Assembly: GCA_041287245.1 (NCBI GenBank)
Contig: JBEULP010000058.1
Coordinates: 1-64,000 of the forward strand
Length of the DNA stretch: 64,000 bases
Reading direction: 5' to 3'
Origin: Infirmifilum sp.
GTDB lineage: Archaea > Thermoproteota > Thermoprotei > Thermofilales > Thermofilaceae
Shown here: positions 58,601 through 64,000 of the stretch, piece by piece
Numbering within the stretch: the stretch's first letter is position 1
How the letters are laid out: each line of letters begins with the position of its first letter
Notes under the pieces: generated by a model
Database searches by the model: none
What the model saw: the letters and a program-made list of their open reading frames with translations, nothing else
Told to the model about the DNA's origin: nothing
Program-made: the position numbers and the translations under genes

Positions 58601-59815
58601 TTACGGTTTAAGAGTTATCTTGCCATCGATCCTCTGATGGGCACGCTCAAACGCCTTGTCAACCTCGTCCAGTCTGAACTTCGAGGTTATTATCTGGGTC
58701 ATATCGATCCTGCCAGCAGCCATTAGACGTATAACGTTACCAAAGTTCCTGAAACCTGAGTGTCCCTGACTTCCAAAGAGCTGTCCTCTTCTCACCTGAA
58801 ATACCTCTATATAGATTGGAACCTCTTTAGGAGCCCTACCAATCCAAGCAACCTTTCCGTCAATAGCGAAGCTTTTCTGGATCTGTGGAAGAGTTTGCTG
58901 AGGCGAGCCTGCAGCTTCTACGTGAAAGTCGGCTCCCTGCCCGTCGGTAATTTCCATTATTTTCTCCCATGGTTCAATGCCGTTCTTCTGCAATTCTACA
59001 GGATTTAAGGTAAAGTCTGCGCCGACTTTCCTTGCCAGCTCTCTCCTAACGGGGCTTACCTCGAAAACTATTATCTTGCCGGCTCCTGCCGCCTTAGCTA
59101 AAGCAGTCGCTGCAAGGCCTATGGGCCCTGCTCCCCATACTACAACATAGCCGCCCGGCTTGAAGCCCCCAGCTCTCGTAAACATTGCGTGATATGCGAC
59201 TGAGGTTGGCTCGACGAGGCTTCCAGCCTCAAATGCTTTCTCCTCACTCCCATATCTTTCCAATAGAGAGTTTATCTTCCAAGCGTACTTAGCCTTCACC
59301 ACAACATAGTCGGCCATTGCGCCGTCGTGTGTAAAGCCGAGCTCTCCAAATTCGAGGTCGGCGGGATCATTAAGCCTGGTACAGTGGTTGAAATCTATAC
59401 CTCGGCAGGCGTCGCACTCCCCGCACCAGAACATTTCCTCAGATGTTACCATATCTCCCGGCTTTATTGTCTTGACGTTAGCCCCCACTTTCTCGACAAC
59501 GCCGCTGAACTCGTGTCCAATAACAACGGGAAACCTTGTAAGTCCTGGGTAGATTATGTAGCCCTCTTCATCGGTCTCTAGAAAGTGTATGTCGCTACCG
59601 CATATTCCCACAGCTTTTACCCTGATAAGTATCTCATCGGGTTTCGGTTCGGGAACAGGGTAATCGGTTCGCAGGACAAGCTTGGGGTTTTTCCACACCT
59701 TATTCCCCTCACGAACCTTATGTGTGCGCAACTCGTCCTGGGTTATCTTATAGCCTTGTCTTGGAGCGAAATCGGCATAAACGAGTGCTGCTCTCATTGA
59801 TGTCATTTTTCTCAA
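58601..59815 (-). CDS. iolM: zinc-dependent dehydrogenase, IolM-like (scyllo-inosose 3-dehydrogenase)
   Basis: GICGSD, GYIIYPGLTRFPVVIGHEFSG, EEMFWCGECDAC..C, GAGPIG, GSQGHSG. Confidence 0.82.
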   Translation of the reverse strand: MRKMTSMRAALVYADFAPRQGYKITQDELRTHKVREGNKVWKNPKLVLRTDYPVPEPKPDEILIRVKAVGICGSDIHFLETDEEGYIIYPGLTRFPVVIGHEFSGVVEKVGANVKTIKPGDMVTSEEMFWCGECDACRGIDFNHCTRLNDPADLEFGELGFTHDGAMADYVVVKAKYAWKINSLLERYGSEEKAFEAGSLVEPTSVAYHAMFTRAGGFKPGGYVVVWGAGPIGLAATALAKAAGAGKIIVFEVSPVRRELARKVGADFTLNPVELQKNGIEPWEKIMEITDGQGADFHVEAAGSPQQTLPQIQKSFAIDGKVAWIGRAPKEVPIYIEVFQVRRGQLFGSQGHSGFRNFGNVIRLMAAGRIDMTQIITSKFRLDEVDKAFERAHQRIDGKITLKP

Positions 59816-59940
59816 CCATTTTAGTTAGATTTTATCACCTCATATATTCAAATTTAGAAAAGCATATAAAGCCCTGCAGAAGAATTATGTAATCCCATAA
59901 TAATAGAAAGTGTTTATATGCTCCTTGCTCAAAGCGTTAT

Positions 59941-60753
59941 GTGTTCAAATACTCACTCGTTGTAGCACCGGAGCACGCCCAGTTCGAGGCGGTCGCCAGG
60001 GGGGAGGCAAAAAACGTGATAAATCTACTCTCACAGCTTGGGTATGATGGAGTTGAGTTTTCCCTTATAGAGCCATCGGCTCTTCCAGAGCTCGCAAGAT
60101 TAGCGGCTGAACATGGACTAAAAGTGCCAGCTGTAGGAACGGGGCTTAACTACATCCACTTGGGCCTTGATCTTACACACCCGGATGAAGGAGTAAGAAA
60201 GGCTGCACTGGAGAAGCTTATGAGCTTTGTTGACAAGGCCCACAAGGCTAACGTTGACGGTGTGATAGTTGGGTTAATAAGGGGACGCGGGGACGCTTAT
60301 AGATCTCGAGAGCAACCTTTGAAGTTGCTTTCTGAAAGTATAAGTGTCCTCTGCAAACACGCTGAGGACTTAGGAGTAAGGATACTTTTCGAGCCTCTGA
60401 ACCGCTACGAGACAAGGTTGATAAACAATGTGGAGGAGGCACTAGAGTTTATCAGTCGGATAGACTGTCCAAATCTATATTTGTTGCTAGACACCTTCCA
60501 TATGAACATTGAGGAACCGATTATTGAAGATTCCATACGCCTTGCAGGCGGCAAGATAGGACATTTTCATGTCGCAGACAGCAACCGCTATGCTCCCGGG
60601 ATGGGCCATCTCGACTTTTCTTCAATACTGAGCGCGTTGAGAGATACGGATTATGAGGGCTTCGTCTCAGCTGAGATTATAGTAAAACCGGATCTCGAGA
60701 CCGCTGCCCGGCTGACGCTTAATGTGTTAAGAATAGCATCACAACCCCCCTAA
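59941..60753 (+). CDS. iolO: TIM-barrel sugar epimerase, IolO-like (5-keto-L-gluconate epimerase)
   Basis: GYDGVE, VGLIRG, EPLNRYE, DTFHMNIEE, HVADSNR, SAE. Confidence 0.78.
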   Translation: MFKYSLVVAPEHAQFEAVARGEAKNVINLLSQLGYDGVEFSLIEPSALPELARLAAEHGLKVPAVGTGLNYIHLGLDLTHPDEGVRKAALEKLMSFVDKAHKANVDGVIVGLIRGRGDAYRSREQPLKLLSESISVLCKHAEDLGVRILFEPLNRYETRLINNVEEALEFISRIDCPNLYLLLDTFHMNIEEPIIEDSIRLAGGKIGHFHVADSNRYAPGMGHLDFSSILSALRDTDYEGFVSAEIIVKPDLETAARLTLNVLRIASQPP

Positions 60754-60815
60754 GGAGACAATTTTTTATTATAGCCTCACGGTCTCCATCATAGTAAAGC
60801 TAGTGTGAGAAGGTT

Positions 60816-61580
60816 ATGTCGCCTGGAAAAGCCCGGGTGTTTTTTCTCGGAACATCTGGGAGCACATTCACAGAAGACAATATACCTCCTTGCATATACG
60901 TGGAGGGATACTTGTTTGACTGCCCAGCAGCCTGTCCCCAAAAGCTGAAAATGTATGGATTGCTGGACTCTCTTCATACAATTTTACTTTCTCACACACA
61001 TATAGACCATTCGCTAGGCATATATGAGCTAGCATGGCATCTGGGAACAACTCAGGCGAATAAGAAAGTGACATTGTATCTTCCTGCGAGTGAGCAGGCT
61101 CATGTTGAGCAGACCTTTAGAATTCTCGGTAAAAACTTTGCAGACAAGCTTCTGAGTTTTGTAAACATTATAGGCGTGGATTCAGGCTTGCAAAGCAATG
61201 GAATAACTGTTGTCGCGGCGAAGCATTCTGTACCGGCGTTAGGGTATCGGCTTGACCTCAACGGCACCTCCATCTGCTACACGGGTGACACGGCGCCGTC
61301 GCGTGAAATGAGTGAAGCCTTCAAGGATTGTAAACTCCTAATACATGATTCCAGCTACCCTCCTGGGGAGGAGGAGAAGGCAGCTTTAGACGGCCATTCC
61401 ACGCCGATACAGGCTGCTGAAATCGCCAAGGAATCCGGAGCCAGGATGCTTGCTCTGGTTCATTTGCCCTATGCCAGGCTCGGTAGGACTATAGATGGAG
61501 AGTTTTTAAAGGCGGCTCGCAAGATTTTTCCAAATACTATTGTGCCCAAACCGGGAGACGCTATTGATTTGGTGGAGTAA
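60816..61580 (+). CDS. RNase Z/BN-like metallo-beta-lactamase-fold hydrolase
   Basis: FLGTSG, SHTHIDH, HSVP, YTGDT, GHST, LVH. Confidence 0.82.
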   Translation: MSPGKARVFFLGTSGSTFTEDNIPPCIYVEGYLFDCPAACPQKLKMYGLLDSLHTILLSHTHIDHSLGIYELAWHLGTTQANKKVTLYLPASEQAHVEQTFRILGKNFADKLLSFVNIIGVDSGLQSNGITVVAAKHSVPALGYRLDLNGTSICYTGDTAPSREMSEAFKDCKLLIHDSSYPPGEEEKAALDGHSTPIQAAEIAKESGARMLALVHLPYARLGRTIDGEFLKAARKIFPNTIVPKPGDAIDLVE

Positions 61581-61582
61581 AG

Positions 61583-62038
61583 ATGGAGATAGCTATCCGT
61601 GAGGTGAGGCCCGAAGACCTTTTTTACATTGTCGAGATTGAAGAGAAGAGTTTTGGGGTGGACGCTTTTAGCTTTAACTATCTTTTCTATTTATACGAGA
61701 ACTGTAAAGACTTCTTTCTAATAGCCGATTATAAAGGCTTACTAGTAGGTTATGTCATCTCCTGTCATGAGTCCGAGGATGAACTTCACGTACACAGCAT
61801 CGCCGTTGCAGACTGGTTTCGAGGACGAGGCGTGGGGAAAAAACTTATGGAGGAAACGTTAACCCTTGCCCGTCGGAAGAAAATTAAACGAGTAAGGCTA
61901 GAGGTTAAAACTGATAACACACCCGCTATAAATCTCTACGAGAAGCTAGGATTTAAGAGAAAAACTATTCTAAAAAACTTCTATGTAGACGGTAGCGACG
62001 CATATGTTTACATTTTAAATCTTGAAGCCCCATTCTAA
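61583..62038 (+). CDS. rimI: RimI/Ard1-type N-acetyltransferase
   Basis: SIAV..FRGRGVG, LEV..N..AINLYEKLGF, FYVDGSDA. Confidence 0.9.
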   Translation: MEIAIREVRPEDLFYIVEIEEKSFGVDAFSFNYLFYLYENCKDFFLIADYKGLLVGYVISCHESEDELHVHSIAVADWFRGRGVGKKLMEETLTLARRKKIKRVRLEVKTDNTPAINLYEKLGFKRKTILKNFYVDGSDAYVYILNLEAPF

Positions 62039-62082
62039 ACTAGTCTCAGTGCTCGTGGTTATTATTTCCAAACTGTATCGCC

Positions 62083-62216
62083 AAAGCCGCGGGCGACATT
62101 TAAAAATCAAGGAAAACAAGACACCAATAAAAAGAAAGCCAAAAAATAAAACCAAATAACCCAAACAAGTAATAAAAAACCAAGAGAAACAGTATAAGAA
62201 AAGAATGAATTGAAAG
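62083..62216 (+). CRISPR. orphan CRISPR leader-like sequence plus single repeat (copy A)
   Basis: A-rich tract with TATA-like TTTAAAAA followed by GTATAAGAAAAGAATGAATTGAAAG (62192-62216), which ends in the ATTGAAAG typical of archaeal repeats. Confidence 0.65.
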
Positions 62217-63665
62217 TCAATAGCTCTTAGCAACATATACTATTTGTCTTGCTGGAGCGCCGCACCAAGCGCACTTACCATAATTATTCTCTTGGAAGCC
62301 AATCTCGGTACCCCGGATCTTGCCCCCGTCGGTCTTTTCCTTTAAATCCATGGCGCACTCTTCCCGACCACAGAAGGGCATTCTCACCATGTATCCATCT
62401 TTAAGCGCTTTCTCAACATCCTCTCTTGTCGAAGCTTCCATAATGTGGGAGTCCATGAAGGCCTTAGCCCTTGTTTTTAGATTTTCAAGGATGTCTTTTT
62501 CGAGAGCCTCCAATTCATGTAAGAGATTTACATCATCTACCTGTTTTTTCTCCCCTGTATCCCTCCGGTAAACTGTAAGGGTGTGTGTCTCGACTTCACG
62601 TCGACCAATTTCTATGCGAATGGGAACTCCTTTCAGCTCCCAGTCGTTAAACTTCCAGCCTGGGGTATACTCTTCCCGATCGTCAATCAACACGCGATAG
62701 CCTTTGGAGGCCAATGCGTCGTAGACGTTGCGAGCCTTATCCAATACAACTTTTTTGTCTTGCTCCTTGTAGTAAATTGGCACAATCACCACTTGAATTG
62801 GGGCGACGGTGGGGGGTAAGACAAGTCCTTTGTCGTCCCCGTGAATAGCTATGAGAGCAGCCGCGATGCGCCAAACCCCCGGGCCATAGCAGGTTTGCCA
62901 AACGTGTTTTCTCGTGCCGTTTTGGTCAAGAAAAGTGACGTTAAACGCCTTTGCAAACCGCTGGCCCAGGTCATGCGTAGATGAAATCTGCAGAACCCTC
63001 CCATCCGGCATCAGAGTGTCGGCAGCATAGGTATCTTCGGCTCCAGCGAACTTATCCCAGGGGGGACGTCTAAGGAAGAGGAAGGGTATACCAAGCTTTT
63101 CCCATATAACTTTTCTCGAGTTCTCCATGTCTTCCTTAACCTGTTTCAACGCGTCCTCGTGGGTGGAAAATGCACAGTGAGCTTCAATCCAAAGAAACTC
63201 TCTTCCACGTATTAGAGGCCTAGTATTACTCTCATTCCTGTATACACTCACACTTTGATAAAGTTTTAAAGGAAGGTCTCTCCAACTCTGAATCCAGAAG
63301 CTATACATGTAGTAAAAGGCAGTCTCCGACGTGGGTCTCAGCGCAAGTCTCCGCTCTAGCTTCTCATCCCCCGCCTCAGTCACCCAGAATACCTCTGGGG
63401 AGAAACCCTTGACGTGCTCCTTTTCTCTCTCAAAGTTTTCTTCAGGTATAACTAGTGGGAAAAGCACTGGCTCATGTCCTGTCTTCTCAAGCTCTTCCTC
63501 AAAGAACCTATATATCCCCTTAATAATCCTCATGAGCCAAGGCCTATGTACGATAAAGCCTTGAACGTTATACCTCAAATCAACAAGCCCGGCTTTTAAC
63601 AGAACTTGGGTATACCACTCCGAGAAATTCTCGCTTTTTTTAACTGTAACACCCAACGACGTCAT
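62217..63665 (-). CDS. proS: prolyl-tRNA synthetase (archaeal/eukaryal type)
   Basis: FSEWY, LRPTSET, IRGREFLWIEAH, WELKGVP, AKSY C-terminus. Confidence 0.97.
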   Translation of the reverse strand: MTSLGVTVKKSENFSEWYTQVLLKAGLVDLRYNVQGFIVHRPWLMRIIKGIYRFFEEELEKTGHEPVLFPLVIPEENFEREKEHVKGFSPEVFWVTEAGDEKLERRLALRPTSETAFYYMYSFWIQSWRDLPLKLYQSVSVYRNESNTRPLIRGREFLWIEAHCAFSTHEDALKQVKEDMENSRKVIWEKLGIPFLFLRRPPWDKFAGAEDTYAADTLMPDGRVLQISSTHDLGQRFAKAFNVTFLDQNGTRKHVWQTCYGPGVWRIAAALIAIHGDDKGLVLPPTVAPIQVVIVPIYYKEQDKKVVLDKARNVYDALASKGYRVLIDDREEYTPGWKFNDWELKGVPIRIEIGRREVETHTLTVYRRDTGEKKQVDDVNLLHELEALEKDILENLKTRAKAFMDSHIMEASTREDVEKALKDGYMVRMPFCGREECAMDLKEKTDGGKIRGTEIGFQENNYGKCAWCGAPARQIVYVAKSY

Positions 63666-63735
63666 AGCTAAACTCCTTGAAACCCACCTTTAAAAATACC
63701 TTTCGCCCTCGCGCGTGAATATAAATGATAAACAA

Positions 63736-63839
63736 AGCCCCGGCCGGGATTTGAACCCGGGACCTCCGCCTTTTTGGTGCGTGGTGACCAGCAGGGCTAG
63801 TTACCAAGGCGGCGCTCCGCCAGTCTGAGCTACCGGGGC
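63736..63839 (-). tRNA. tRNA-Thr(GGT) with 30-nt canonical 37/38 intron (63772-63801)
   Basis: GCCCCGG/CCGGGGC acceptor stem, CCGCC-TTGGTA^A-GGCGG anticodon arm, TTCAAAT T loop; TTGG/CCAA central BHB helix. Confidence 0.93.
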
Positions 63840-64000
63840 TCAATGTATGTGAGGTTGGGGGAGGTTTATCAACTTTTTGTCTTTTAGCATGGAGTATTGT
63901 GAAGCTGATTTAGAGGCTTTATTTCTTCTCTTCGATTGTTACGCCTTTTTCCGTTATTTCTGTTGTGAGTACGCGGGGGCTTATTTCTTTAAGCTTGTCC

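Noticed and set aside
62015..62236. 73-aa Phe/Leu-rich minus-strand ORF
   Set aside because: An artefact of the T-rich complement of the leader-like sequence; overlaps both neighbours
63640..63843. 67-aa ORF
   Set aside because: Overlaps tRNA-Thr on the same strand

Overview
Gene-dense archaeal chromosome segment. Gene content (crenarchaeal-type short XPF, AGOG, TIM, Dph2, topoisomerase IA) and a tRNA intron at a non-canonical position point to a hyperthermophilic Thermoproteota member, most resembling Thermofilaceae (inference). It holds about 65 mostly housekeeping CDSs: a four-gene glycosyltransferase cluster, XPB-Bax1, a four-subunit dye-linked proline dehydrogenase-like operon, amino acid and polyamine ABC transporters, cysS, proS, class II HMG-CoA reductase, a presenilin-family protease and a Thermotoga-like iolMNO inositol cluster. 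Two intron-containing tRNAs are present (Gly-GCC, Thr-GGT), plus several C/D-box sRNA candidates and an IS607 element with an internally deleted tnpA but intact tnpB. The most unusual signal is non-coding: three dispersed copies of a 25-nt CRISPR-like repeat with no array and no cas genes in the window. Two copies carry a conserved promoter-bearing leader-like sequence and point antisense into the 3' end of a convergent gene (proS, yhbY). All calls are from motif recognition by eye; no database searches were run.
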